The position numbers were made by a program, and so were the translations under genes. A DNA stretch of 64,000 nt from the human T2T-CHM13v2.0 reference genome, Homo sapiens. The notes under the pieces are model-generated. The model saw only the letters and a program-made list of their open reading frames with translations, searched no databases and was not told the origin of the DNA. This document shows positions 28,207-43,060 of this stretch, in pieces (the first letter of the stretch is position 1; each line of letters opens with the position of its first letter). The stretch lies in assembly GCF_009914755.1 (NCBI RefSeq), contig NC_060941.1; one strand, given 5' to 3'.

Positions 28207-29295
28207 GTGAGTGGCTGAATTATTCAGGGTCTGCGGCTGCTGGCAAGCACGTGGGCAGATGGGTGGGCCGGAGGCCAGGGCCGAAAGGGTGATACTCGCT
28301 GTGCCCTACTTAGCAGTCCAGCGACAGGCATGCAGGGTTCCTTCCTGGTGTCCTCTTTCCTCGCCTGCTCAGGGTGCAGCTGGGATTGGAAAGGCTGAGG
28401 GTGTACACGTGTGTGCTCCCAGTCATGTGGATCCTGCGCAGGCCTGCATGCCTGAGCATGTGTGCAAGTGTGTACCACGGCCAAATGACGAAAGCTAGTG
28501 TATGGGGTCTGAGCAGATGTGGCATCCCTGGGGGTCAGGGTTGTTTGCCCACCCTCTGCCCATGTGCACAGACGTGTGCTCACAGAGGAGACCCTGCAGC
28601 CCAAAGGTGGCATCAGGACTTCCATTCACCAGACCCCCAGGGTAGGGAGGGACCCAGCTGTGCGCCCACATGTATGTGCCAAGTGGACAGGTAGAGCATG
28701 TGCCTGCACACCGTGTGCCTCCAGCCGGGCCCCACAGGCCTGCGTATGTGCCCACAGGCCTACAGGAACACCTGTGTGCCTGGGAGTTGTATGAGCTGTA
28801 AATGCCATTGAGTGTGGGTCCATATGCAGGTGTCCACGCATTTTCCCCAGGATGAGCATGGGGTTGTGGTGCTAAGACAGTCTCCATCTCTGCCCTCCTA
28901 GAGGCCCCATGCACCAGGTCACAAGTGTCCTTTGAGTTGTCACACAAGCCAACATATGGGGTCTGCTGGTGCTGGAAGAGTTGCGGTTGGGAGGGAGCTG
29001 GCCCATGCGCCCATGTACCTGCATATGCCTTTGTTCACCCCCTAGGGCAGGACACTTGGGAGCTCATGGGAGGGCCTGCCTGGGCACTGAGGGTATGCGT
29101 GTGTCTCATGTGTGAGGGTCGCATGCAGGTTCTGGGGGCCACAGCATTCTGTAATGAGGAGACCTGCAGGACCCACCTGGCCTTGGGGTTCCCTCCCCAA
29201 CAATGGTAGCAGGCCCCAGGTATGACCAAGCCAGGGGTCAGTGGGGGAGGGGGGTGCCCTTCAACCTGCAGACACAGCCTCTCTCTCTCACACAG

Positions 29296-29378
29296 ATGCA
29301 CTCCATCCGCAACCTGCCATCCATGCGGTTCCGTGAGCAGCACGGGGAGGATGGTGTGGAGGACATGACACAGCTGGA
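29296..29378 (+). CDS. MYO15A: MYO15A exon 3 (MHSIRNLPSMRFREQHGEDGVEDMTQLE); start of the short isoform
   Basis: cacag|ATG...GGA|gtgagt. Confidence 0.95.
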
Positions 29379-29980
29379 GTGAGTGGGCAGGGCCGGCGGG
29401 GTCAGCAAGGGGTCACCATGGGGTCCCCACCCTCCCAGCCAGAGCAGCTCCTCCTGCAGTTGCCTCTCACCTCCCAGGACATTTTCAGAGCCTCAGTCAT
29501 GAAGTGTCACAAAGACTAAATGTGGTGTGCTTTGTGAGTTAGACGGACTTTGGTTCAAATCCTAGCCCCACCACTCACCAGCTGGCAGACGTTGCACAAA
29601 TCGCTTTGTTTCTCTGCACCTCAGTTTCTCATCCACAAAATGGGAGTGGGATGGCTGTTGTGAGGATGCCAGCACATTGGAGGTACTCAAAACATGAGGG
29701 CCGTGTTGGTCAGCATCATTATCTAATCACAGTGATTACGTAAGAGTGTCCCCCAAACCCCCAATGAAGTAGGTACAATGATTATCATACCCATTGGACA
29801 AATGAAGAAAAAGGCAGAGAATAGGGAAGTAATTTGTCCAAGGTCTCCTAGCTGGTTGGTGTCAGAAACAGGACTTGAATTCAGGCCTATCTGATCAAGG
29901 CACTGCACTGAGTTGGGGAGGGAGACCCATGCCAGAACCAGCCCTGGGGGCACTGACGGCTTCTCTCTGTGTCCTTCTAG

Positions 29981-30044
29981 AGACCTCCAGGAAACCACTG
30001 TGCTGTCCAACCTCAAGATTAGATTTGAACGGAACCTCATCTAC
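29981..30044 (+). CDS. MYO15A: MYO15A exon 4 (DLQETTVLSNLKIRFERNLIY)
   Basis: AG/GT junctions; myosin motor sequence. Confidence 0.95.
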
Positions 30045-30226
30045 GTAAGGCCTGGGGCTGGCCCTGCCCTGGGCCTAGGTCAGGAAGGCAGCTGCCTCCT
30101 GGGGCCGGGTGGGACGCACAGATTTCTCTTGTGGGCCCTAGCCCCTGTGGCCTCTGCCTAGAATGCCAGAGCCTAGAACTAAAATCTGAAGTCTTAAAAC
30201 ACAGTCTTAGAATGGTGGATGCCAGA

Positions 30227-30545
<319 letters not shown>

Positions 30546-31156
30546 GAATGGTGGATGCCAGAGGCAGAAAGCTGGAGACAGAGAATCCAGAAATATGTGA
30601 CACCCCCACCATCTGGGACCTGACAGATAGAACTTCCAGAGTCCTAGAATCCATAGACCTGGACCCCAGAGTGGGGATGGCCAGAGGGGTCAGAGGGGAG
30701 CCTCTGACCTGAGAATGACAGAACAGAGGGCCAGGGGCTCAGTGCCAGTGTGGAAGACAAGGACACCCAGAAGGGCTCTGGCCACATCAGGATCCCCTGA
30801 GTTCCCCAACTCCTCACTCTAGGCAGTGGAGGTTTGCCCTCAACAGGAGCCAGAAGTTCCTGGAGCCTGGGCCCAACCTTGAACAAATGAAGTAGGCAGG
30901 AGCCCACCCAGGATCGTGGCTGTGGGGTTTGCTCACTCCAGACTCCTCTCAGCTCAGCCTGGTGCAGTGCCTGAGATTCCACTGTTAGAGCACGTAGCCC
31001 AGCTAGCTGGTAGAGGGCTCTAGATGGGAATCCCGAGTCCAGGCAGCCAGATATCTGTCCGGATGGAAACAGGGAGCCAGGCTCCCAGCATAGGGGAGGG
31101 AGGGACATAGAGGTCTGCAAGGAGCCACGACGCTGAGGCCACCGTCTGCCCAGCAG

Positions 31157-31266
31157 ACATACATTGGGAGCATCCTGGTGTCGGTGAACCCATACCAAAT
31201 GTTTGGAATCTATGGGCCGGAGCAGGTGCAGCAGTACAACGGACGGGCCCTGGGAGAGAATCCCCC
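31157..31266 (+). CDS. MYO15A: MYO15A exon 5 (TYIGSILVSVNPY...ENPP)
   Basis: cagcag|ACA...CCC|gtgagt. Confidence 0.95.
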
Positions 31267-31600
31267 GTGAGTGTCTCGGGGGCGCTGCCCTGGGGTCTCT
31301 TGGGCCCCTCTTTCCCCTGCTCTGGGAGCCTGGATCCCGGCTGCACCTGAGCCATGAGTCAGAGGTAATGGGGAAAGGCAGCCCACCTACTCAATCTGAC
31401 AGTCTCTCCCCAGGCAGGGCCGAAGCTACAGGTTGGAGGCCACTGTCGTTCAGACCAGGATGGGGGTGGGAGCATTCCCCCAACAGGGTGAGGGGTGGGC
31501 AGGATTGGCTGTTTGGCTGGATACGGATGCTCCCTGCCCAATCCCTGGGAGGTGTGGGAGCTTAGAGGCAGGGGCCAGCTCTAATGACCTGTCTCCCCAG

Positions 31601-31675
31601 GCACCTCTTTGCTGTTGCAAATCTCGCCTTCGCCAAAATGCTCGATGCCAAACAGAACCAGTGCATAATCATTAG
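31601..31675 (+). CDS. MYO15A: MYO15A exon 6 (HLFAVANLAFAKMLDAKQNQCIIIS)
   Basis: AG/GT junctions; continuous frame. Confidence 0.95.
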   Translation, partial: APLCCCKSRLRQNARCQTEPVHNH

Positions 31676-31884
31676 GTGAGTGGGCTGCCTTTATGTGGGG
31701 GATAAATGGGGGACCTTAGGTAGCAGGCCTGCATCTGGCCAGAACTGCTGTGGGACCTTGGAAGATTGCCTGGTACCTCTGGGTTGGCCCACCGTACATA
31801 TCCTCTTGCTTCATGATGGGAGTCAGGGTGCCCCAGAAGAGGCAGCGAAAGGTTGGAGCTCACTCTGCCCCTTTGCTCGGTCAG

Positions 31885-31975
31885 TGGAGAGAGCGGCTCT
31901 GGCAAAACTGAGGCCACCAAGCTGATTCTGCGCTACCTGGCCGCCATGAACCAGAAACGGGAGGTCATGCAGCAG
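31885..31975 (+). CDS. MYO15A: MYO15A exon 7, P-loop (GESGSGKTEATKLILRYL)
   Basis: Myosin P-loop GESGSGKT. Confidence 0.97.
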
Positions 31976-32229
31976 GTGAGTCTACCTGTCTCCCCAGGAC
32001 CCTAGGCTGAACACCCTTTGATAAGCACACCTCATGTACTCCCGAAGAGGCAAGGCTCCTTGGCCCACCAGGAAGATGAGGAGGCTGAGTTCCAGAAGGG
32101 GGCCTTGCCCAGGGCTGCTTTTTCTGCCACCCTTCCCAGGGGTGTGCCTGAGGGGTGAGAGTTCCTGCCTGTCTGTGTTTCTGTGGCAGCTCCTGCTTCC
32201 AGCCCTCCGGGTCCAGTTCAGAGTGGAGA

Positions 32230-32267
32230 CCACATAGGGAAGGGGAGTCCACATAGGGAAGGGGAGT
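32230..32267. repeat. 19-nt perfect tandem duplication CCACATAGGGAAGGGGAGT x2
   Basis: Read directly from the sequence. Confidence 0.9.
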
Positions 32268-32644
32268 CATCCCATCTCTCCCACCTGGCCTCACCTTCCT
32301 GGTCATGGCCCTGGGGCCACCATATTCTCACACCCAGAAGCTATGCAGCCCCCAGCGGTCAAGAGGCAGGGCAGGCCTGAGTGTGGGTTAGGGGTGGGGT
32401 GGGGGAGGCAGTAGATGCCAGGCCAGAGTCTGAAGGATTGGAGCTTTGCTGACAAAGACAGTGCTAAGCCCTCTGAGCCTGAGAATGGTAGAACTGCATC
32501 CGTTCCCTCAGTAAAGATCTACTGAAGACCTACTGTGTGCCAGTCCCAGGCTAGGCACTGGGGAGGGGTAGCGGCAACTCAGGCAAATGTTCACACCCTT
32601 ATGGGAACTTCATTCTAGTGGTGGAGGTGGGAAGAAAAAAAAAG

Positions 32645-32670
32645 ATATATATATATATATATATATATAT
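32645..32670. repeat. (AT)13 microsatellite
   Basis: Read directly from the sequence. Confidence 0.93.
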
Positions 32671-34543
32671 ACACTTATATAAGTAAATTATGTGTATGTG
32701 AAAGGGTAGGTGGTGAGTTGTGGAGGAAAAAAGTGAAGAGAAGGGTGGCGAGTGTTGGGGGTTGCAATCGTAAGTGTGGTGGTCAGGGTAGGCTGTACTG
32801 AGAAGACAAGAGAGTGGGCTCTAGGAAAGTCTAGGGGAACAGTGAAGAGGCAGAGGGAGGAGCACCTGCACTTTGAGGTGCAAGCAGATTGGGTCCAGGT
32901 GCAGGTCAAAGCCAGCCAGCAACCTACAGAGAAGACAGACTGGGGTGTGAGAGGGAGAACTGTCGGAGGGTGACCCCAGACATTCGGTCTGAGCCACAGG
33001 CAGCATGGAGGCAGGCTGGGCAGTGGAGGAGGAGCAGGTTTGTTGAGAAGAGGTGTCTGCTAGGCATCTACACAGAGATGGCAGGGAGGTGATGGATGCA
33101 CCACCAGCCTGGAGCTCAGGAGAAGGTGGGACTGGCCTGCCAGCTCAGACTCCAGAACCACAGACCCAGACTTCCCCAACCCTGGGGCCCACAAAGGTTT
33201 GCACATGGCACAATGTCCTAGCCAGGGGCGAGCCCAGCAAGGTGATCCTGGGGGCGTAGGTGGAGGCTGCTCAGGCTTTGCAGTCAGGTTCCAGCCTGGC
33301 CTGGCCCCCTCTGATGCCTGCCTTGGCCTGCCAGGGTCTCCCATCCCAGCCCAGGCCTCCTGATGACCAAACAGATCATCCCTTGCTCCAGAGTTTTCAA
33401 AACCTTTCAGGTCAGACTTGTGGAATGACTAGGTAGGTAGGCAGGGAAAGAAGTAAGTGTACCTCGTGCACCTCCTGTGGCCAGGCACAGTGCTGGGTTC
33501 CTTCAGTTATCGTCACACCGGAGCTTTACGGCAACCCTGGGAGGTAGGTACACTTGTATCCATTTATAGATGGGAACACTGAGGCCTAAGAAGGGAGGAG
33601 TGAGGTGGTGCAGGAGCTGAGATTTGCAGTCCATGGCAGAGAGCTGTCAGGGAGGACGGATGGAGCTGTGGATGTGGCTGAGTCTGGGAGTTTGTGTGTG
33701 CCAGGCACACAGAATGTGTGAGGATGTGCCTGCCAGCTGTGATGACCATGGGGCTCCTTTCCTAGACATGGCTCTTCCCTCCTCAGATAATCAAACAGTC
33801 CAGTTCAGTTTTAGGCATGGCTGGATCCAGAATCTTAAACAATGTTTCTTGTCTTGGCTCCACCCTCCCCCATGTATAGGCATCATCCTCAATCTGTCTC
33901 CTATTGGTCAGCAAGCTGGCACCATAATGATCAACCCTCCCAACATTTCAGAAATGAAACATTCAGAGCTCCGTCTCACTGGGCAAGTTTTGGTCATATG
34001 TCCTCACTGGAGCCAACCACGTAGCACAGGGAATGCTCTGCCCTGACTGGCTAAGGCCTGGACCACAGGTTCCACCCTTCTGGTGTTTACCCACTCCATC
34101 CGCTGGCTTTATGCCCTGCTGTATGCTGGGCACCGGGAACAGAGAAGCAGCCAACCTGTCCTCAAGGGCTTCCCAGACTAAGGGATAGTACACAGGAAAG
34201 CCCAGGCAGACCTTGACTTATTGAGCAATCACAGGCCAGCCCCATCCCTCTCTGGACCTCAGTTTACTCCTTTATGCAATGGGTGCAGTATTTCCTGGAC
34301 TAAATGGGACAGATGGAGGGAACTGGCCCCATCCCCAAAATTACAGGTATTGTTTCTGTGGTGACTGGACCTCCTTTGCTTCTTCCCTAAAAGATTATCC
34401 TGAGGAAGTGCCTCAGCTGAAGAAAGTGCCACGTACACACTAGGCCCATGCTCATCACTCGAGTGGACTCTGGAGTCCCTGGGCATGTCATTTCACCTCT
34501 CTAAGCTTCAGTTTCCTAATCTGCAAAACAGGGGTGATATTAG

Positions 34544-34989
<446 letters not shown>

Positions 34990-35614
34990 ATGCTATTCCT
35001 TTTTCCATCCCTTTAGCAGATATTTTTGAGAGCCTATTAAGCACCAGGTCTGTGTAGACGCTGGGGACTCAGAGATGTGCAAACAGTAGATCCGTGCCTG
35101 TAGGATTTGACATTCTAGTGGGGAGACAGACAATAATACCCAAGAAAATAGAGAGTTTGCCAATGGGGCTGAGGGCTACTGGAGAGAGAATTCTGGTGGC
35201 CTTCCTGTGAGAGGTAAGGGGTTGGGGGGTGGGGCATGCAGGTGCGTGGGAGCAGTGACTTCCAAGCAGAGGGAACAGGAGATGCCAATGGTCAGAGGCA
35301 GGAGTGGGCCTGGGTGTCAGGGAACAGTGAGGAAGGCCAGGGAGGATCCTTGGCTGGTGGTAGCCATGGGGGTGGGGAGAAGAGGACATCCCCAGAGCTG
35401 TTTGGAAGGCAAACTCAGCATATTTTCATACCTTGGAGACCCCATGGCAGTCCCCAAGCCTGGACCCCTGGGGTCTCTGAGCCTCACAGGTTTTTACTAG
35501 TCCCTCCCTGGTCTGAGGCTCCTAGTCTCCTGGAGAGAGTGGTGGTCGGTCCTGCTAGTGACTCCATTCTGTTCTTGTCTGTCTCTTTGTCCTCCCTCCT
35601 GGACGCTCTTGAAG

Positions 35615-35620
35615 ATAAAG
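35615..35620 (+). CDS. MYO15A: MYO15A exon 8, 6-nt microexon (IK) in motor loop 1
   Basis: Long pyrimidine tract, then gaag|ATAAAG|gtactc; phase 0/0. Confidence 0.8.
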
Positions 35621-35625
35621 GTACT

Positions 35626-35628
<3 letters not shown>

Positions 35629-35684
<56 letters not shown>
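35629..35684. repeat. (TG)28 microsatellite, 8 nt downstream of the microexon 8 donor
   Basis: Read directly from the sequence. Confidence 0.97.
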
Positions 35685-35686
<2 letters not shown>

Positions 35687-36052
35687 TGTCCAGGAAAATG
35701 CGTGTGGATGTGCCTGCTCCTGTGTGGGTGGAGGGACAGGCAGGAAAGGACATCCAAAGGCCTGTCCTAGGCAGGGCTGGGGCTTGTGGTCAGGGGCTGC
35801 TGTGGGGGGCCATGGAGGCTGGAATGGGGAAGCATGGGGCTTGCTGTGTGGGAGTTGGGCAGCATGGGGTGGGAAACACTGGGGGGCACTGGAGAGACCT
35901 CAGGATTCTCTAGGGAGCCCACCTCTGGTCATCTCTCATAAAGGGAGGTCCTTGGGAAGGCTCATGTCTGGGTGTCCCCAGCTATGCCCCCCACCCAGGC
36001 CCCCAGAACAGTGCCTAGCCCCTCAATTCCCACATCTCCTTCTGGAGTCCAG

Positions 36053-36156
36053 ATCCTGGAGGCAACACCCCTCTTGGAGTCCTTCGGTAATGCCAAAACC
36101 GTCAGGAACGACAACTCCAGCCGCTTTGGGAAGTTTGTGGAAATCTTTCTGGAAGG
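36053..36156 (+). CDS. MYO15A: MYO15A exon 9, switch I ([20 protein letters not shown])
   Basis: Conserved myosin switch I motif. Confidence 0.97.
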
Positions 36157-36281
36157 GTGAGTTGGGACAGTGGAGGGCCTCCCAAAAGCCTTGCAGTGTC
36201 TTCCATGTCCTGCCACAGCCCCTCGGAGCCAACACCAGCCCTCCTACCCTCACTGAGAGCTGACTGTGCTCCCCACCCCAG

Positions 36282-36345
36282 GGGCGTGATCTCTGGTGCC
36301 ATAACCTCCCAGTACCTGCTTGAGAAATCCAGGATCGTGTTTCAG
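36282..36345 (+). CDS. MYO15A: MYO15A exon 10 (GVISGAITSQYLLEKSRIVFQ)
   Basis: YLLEKSR motif. Confidence 0.96.
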
Positions 36346-37266
36346 GTGGGCCACCCCCTCCCAGGCCTCTGTGTTGGGCAGGGTCGGGGTGGGAGGTACA
36401 GATACTCAGAGCCTGGCCCCTGGTAGGGCTAGGTAGACGTCAAATTAATGAACGAATACATGCGTACATGTGTACATGTGAGCCCAGGACCTCCCCTCCC
36501 CGACCCTCCTCCAGCCACGGTGGCTCCTCCCTGCCCCGCAGCACACAGGCACGCTCCTGCCAGGGCCTTTGCACCTTCTGTTCCTTCCCTCAGGAGCACT
36601 TATCCTTCAGGCACCTGCTTGGCCAAACCCCTCACCTCCTCCAAGTCTCCCCTACAATTTCACCCACTCAGGAAGCTCCCCATTTAAAAACGCAGCCCCT
36701 CTCCATCCCATCAGAGCCCCTACCCCGTCCACTGCTTTATTTCTCTCCAGTGTACTTTTCCCTGTCTCATATATTTTATGTTTTAAGCAGTTATTTGCTG
36801 AGTGTCTGTCTCCCTAGCTAGCAGGTGGGCTCCATCAGGTCAGGGGCTTCTCTCTACGTTGTTCCCCACTATGTCCCAAGGGCCTAGGACAGGGCTTGGT
36901 GCACAGGAAGTGCTCAGCCATCAAGAAGCTCTGTGTGTGCACATGTGGGCTATGGACACACATGTATGCAGGTGTGTGTGGCCGGTACACATAAGAGAAG
37001 ACGGGTCCCTTTTCTCTTATTTCTCCTAACCAAATAAAATCCCACCAGAACCCTCTCAAACTTCAATCATACCAGGGCACCTCTGCTTCTGCCCTCACCC
37101 GCAGCTGGCACCAGGCTGGGAGCCTCACCCATCACAGAGGCGCGTGTTCTCATCTGCAGCCCACTGTGTGCATGTGCACTTGTGGGCAGGCTTGGGCTTG
37201 TATGTGTGCCTGGGGGTCACCTAGGTAGGTGGCTCCCTTCTCTGTGCCCACCTACCCACTCTACAG

Positions 37267-37380
37267 GCCAAAAACGAGAGGAATTACCACATCTTCTACG
37301 AGTTGCTGGCCGGGTTGCCTGCCCAGCTCAGGCAGGCCTTTAGCCTGCAAGAGGCTGAGACCTACTACTATCTGAACCAG
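37267..37380 (+). CDS. MYO15A: MYO15A exon 11 (AKNERNYHIFYELL...YYYLNQ)
   Basis: ERNYHIFY motif. Confidence 0.96.
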
Positions 37381-38038
37381 GTGAGTGCCAGCAGGCATCT
37401 GAAGGCCCCTGGCCCTGGTCCTCCCACCCCGACGCCCCTGGCTGGGCCTTGGGAGCCGAGTTGTGAGTGATGGAGTGTGAAGGTGAAGGAGATTTGGGGA
37501 GGGTGAGTTTGGATTTAAGACATCTCATGGCAGTGAGGGGGACCAGGAGTCTTCTGGGTCCAAAGCGGAAGCAGGAAAGGCCTACCTGACTTCATTTCTC
37601 TGGAACCTGGAACAGAACCAACCAGTCTAGAGTTTCTACACTTCCCCTCTCTGTGCCTCAGTTTCCTCACCTGTAAAATGGGGACAACATAGTACCACTT
37701 TGCAGGGATGTAGTGAGGCTTAGATGAGGAAACGCATGTAAAGAGCTTAGCACAGGGCCTGGCATGCAGTACATGCTCAGTAAACACTTGCTACTCTTTT
37801 CATTACTATCACTGGGCAGCTGCAAAGGTCAACAGGTGACAACCCCTGCCACACATTGCACTTAGAATCTATGAACTCCGTCCTCAGCCGTGCTCAGAGC
37901 CTCCGTGCCCATGAGAGTGAAATGACAGCTTGAGTGACCAACTCAGGCCACCACACTACTGGTCAGGGCAGAGCAGGACCTGGAGGGCTCCCCAGCCCCA
38001 CCCAAGCTCCCTGACCCTCAGCCTCTGCCCTCATGCAG

Positions 38039-38200
38039 GGTGGGAACTGTGAGATAGCAGGAAAGAGCGATGCAGATGACTTTCGCCGGCTCCTGGCTGC
38101 CATGGAGGTGTTGGGCTTCAGCAGTGAGGACCAGGACAGCATCTTCCGCATCCTGGCCTCCATCCTGCACCTGGGCAACGTCTACTTTGAGAAGTATGAG
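38039..38200 (+). CDS. MYO15A: MYO15A exon 12 (GGNCEIAG...ILHLGNVYFEKYE)
   Basis: ILHLGN motif; AG/GT junctions. Confidence 0.96.
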
Positions 38201-38464
38201 GTGAGGGGACGCCACAGCCTGCCATGGGGCCCGCACCCTCTGGACTTGGCCGTCTTTTCCAAGGCCTTCTCTGTTTCCCTTTCAGATTACACTATGCACA
38301 TATCACTTGTTCCTGTTTTTTTCTTTTTTCCTTTGGGGTTGTTCATCTTTTTCCTCCTTATATATATTAAGGAAATCAGCCCTTTGTGTCTGATATGAAT
38401 TGCAAATATATATTCCAGTTTGTCATTTATGTTTTAACTTTGTTTACAATGTTTTTTGGTGGGT

Positions 38465-40473
<2,009 letters not shown>

Positions 40474-40524
40474 TAAATTTAGCCTATCTAGTTCAAAGCA
40501 CATTCCTGTTGGTATTTTGCATAG

Positions 40525-40638
40525 ACGGATGCACAGGAGGTGGCCTCAGTGGTGAGTGCCCGAGAGATCCAGGCCGTGGCAGAGCTGCTGCAGATCTCCC
40601 CTGAGGGCCTGCAGAAGGCCATCACCTTCAAAGTGACC
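40525..40638 (+). CDS. MYO15A: MYO15A exon 13 (TDAQEVAS...AITFKVT)
   Basis: atag|ACG...ACC|gtgagt. Confidence 0.93.
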
Positions 40639-41230
40639 GTGAGTCTGTGGGCATCTGGCCTTCGAACAAAGCTTTCTACCAGGGCCTGGACAGAGCTGCT
40701 TGTGCCGATCCTTTGTGGGCAGCCTCTCCCTCTCTCCTGCTCTCTCTGTCCCTGGGTCAGGCATGGAGGGGAGTAATTTCAGACCCCAGAGACATTTCAG
40801 ATTCCAGTCTCAGACTGTTGCATAGGCTGTTTCCTCTACCCGGAATGCTCTTCCTCTTTTCACACCTACTCATCCTTTAAGACCCTATCCAGGTATCCCC
40901 TCCTCTAAGAAGCCTTCCCTAATCTTTGGACGGGTCAGTGCCTCCTCTGGTCTTTCACAGTCCTAGGCCCATTCTCCCTTCCCAGGGTTGATCTCATTGT
41001 ATCTGCTGATGCCTCTGTCTCCCCCATTAGACCTGCAGTCCCCACTACTACCAGCATTTCCAGGCAGAGTCAGAGTGGGGGCAGGGGTGGTCCTGCCTAG
41101 TCTCTGTGTGCACAGTCACAACATCCCTCCAGCCTCCCTTCTCCATGATCCCACTCCCTTAGTCCCCTGGGGGCTTTCCGGAGGCAGAGTGGCCAGCCTG
41201 ATGTCACTCAAGGGCTGTGCCCGTCCCTAG

Positions 41231-41289
41231 GAGACAATGCGAGAGAAGATCTTCACGCCCCTAACTGTGGAGAGCGCTGTGGATGCCAG
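41231..41289 (+). CDS. MYO15A: MYO15A exon 14 (ETMREKIFTPLTVESAVDAR)
   Basis: AG/GT junctions; continuous frame. Confidence 0.94.
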
Positions 41290-41376
41290 GTGAGGCCACG
41301 CCCTCCCCTGCCTGAGCCCCGAGGCCCAGCACCCCACCACGGTGTCCTGCTCACACCAGCACCACCTCTGCTCCAG

Positions 41377-41500
41377 GGACGCCATCGCCAAGGTCTTGTA
41401 TGCACTGCTGTTCAGCTGGCTCATCACCAGGGTCAACGCGCTGGTGTCCCCAAGGCAGGACACACTGTCCATCGCCATCCTGGACATCTATGGTTTCGAG
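41377..41500 (+). CDS. MYO15A: MYO15A exon 15, switch II (...ILDIYGFE)
   Basis: DIYGFE motif. Confidence 0.97.
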
Positions 41501-41989
41501 GTGGGGCCGTGTAGGAGGCTGAGGGGCGGGGGACATAGGCAAGGTCTCGCCTCCCTCAGGCGTCTCGGGCTGCCCTTCCCATCCCTTTCTGTGCCTGCAG
41601 CAGGTGCCATCCTCCCTTCATGGACCCCTCCCTGTCACCATCTCCCTTGTCTCCTTCCATTTTCTTTACTCACCACAAGTACTCCCAAGGCCTCTGGGCC
41701 AGGCCCTGTGCTGGGCAATACCAGCTGCCCAGAAAGGACCAGCCAGGGCCCTGCCCTTGGGGAGCTTCCAGGTGAGGCTGGGTGGGGAAGGCTTCCTGGA
41801 TGAGGATGAGACACTCCTGAGACCCAGCAAAGGCACTGTAGGTGCAGGGAACAGAATATGCAAGGGCTGGGAGGGGTGGCGGGTCATGAGGTCTGGGACT
41901 GGATTTCGTGTGTTGGGGGGTGACTGTTTTGTGAGTGCACAGCGAAGGAAGTGGTGAGGGACAGGGCAAGATCACCATGCAGCCATCAC

Positions 41990-42200
41990 AGGCACTCACG
42001 TGGCACCTGTTATGTGCCAGGTGCTGTTTAAAGCACTTTGTTAATTCACTTCATCCTTACAGCAACCCTATGAGGCAGGTACTGTCAGTATCCTCATTTT
42101 ACAGATGGGGAAACTGAGGCATGGGGCTGTTATTCAAGGTTATGTAGCTAGAAAATGGCAGAGCCAGCATTTGAACCCAGGCAGAAGGCCCCAGAGCCTT
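41990..42200 (-). mobile_element. MIR
   Basis: caaccctatgaggcagg...cattttacagatggggaaactgaggc. Confidence 0.8.
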
Positions 42201-42397
42201 GGCCTTCAGGCACTGCCTGTGCTGTCAGGACAGAGCCTGTCAGATTCTGTCCTGGGTGCAGCAGGAGCTGTGGAGGGTTGTGAGCTGAGGGCCTGTGGCT
42301 GAGCTCCAGCTTTTTGAAGTTGCCACCAGGGAAGGTAGGGGCAAACAGGCTGGTGGCCAAGGAAGGACCAGTCCCAGCACCCCCATCCACCTGGCAG

Positions 42398-42493
42398 GAC
42401 CTGAGCTTCAACAGCTTTGAGCAGCTGTGTATTAACTACGCAAACGAGAACCTTCAGTACCTTTTCAACAAGATCGTCTTCCAGGAGGAGCAG
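42398..42493 (+). CDS. MYO15A: MYO15A exon 16, relay helix (NSFEQLCINYANENLQ)
   Basis: Conserved myosin motif. Confidence 0.97.
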
Positions 42494-42928
42494 GTGTGTG
42501 GGCCCCATTAATACTCCTGTCCCTGTCTTGACTGGCCAGTGGACCTCCTTGGAGACAGATGAGGATATACTGGTTGTTTAAGGGCAATTCTGACATCAGT
42601 AGACAGTAGAGGGAAAGGCATTCTAAGCTGGGGACCAGCCCATGGGAAGGCCTCTGTTCTGGAGGGAAAGGTGCTGAGGTGCTGTGCTCAGAGAGGAGTC
42701 CCCTTGGTGGGGGTCCTTCTTCTCCTCTACTGGGCTGTCCCAGGCAGAGGGAGCAGCAGGACCCTGAGTTGGCTCATGCTGCCTTATTAGGGGGTGAGCT
42801 CCCTGTTCTGGGAGGTATGCAAGCAGAGGTGCTGCTGGCCAGGCTCCTTCAGATTCAACATGGGAGGGAGGGTGGGTGGGCCCTGGACAGGGATGGGAGG
42901 TTGAGCTCCTGCTGCCCACTGCCTGCAG

Positions 42929-43060
42929 GAGGAGTACATCCGTGAGCAGATAGACTGGCAGGAGATCACCTTTGCTGACAACCAGCCCTGCATCAACCTC
43001 ATCTCACTGAAGCCTTATGGCATCCTGCGGATCCTTGACGACCAGTGTTGCTTTCCCCAG
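42929..43060 (+). CDS. MYO15A: MYO15A exon 17 ([10 protein letters not shown]...[10 protein letters not shown])
   Basis: AG/GT junctions; myosin motif. Confidence 0.96.

Noticed and set aside
35497-36263. CVCVCV / THTHTH ORFs
   Set aside because: Translation of the (TG)28 microsatellite
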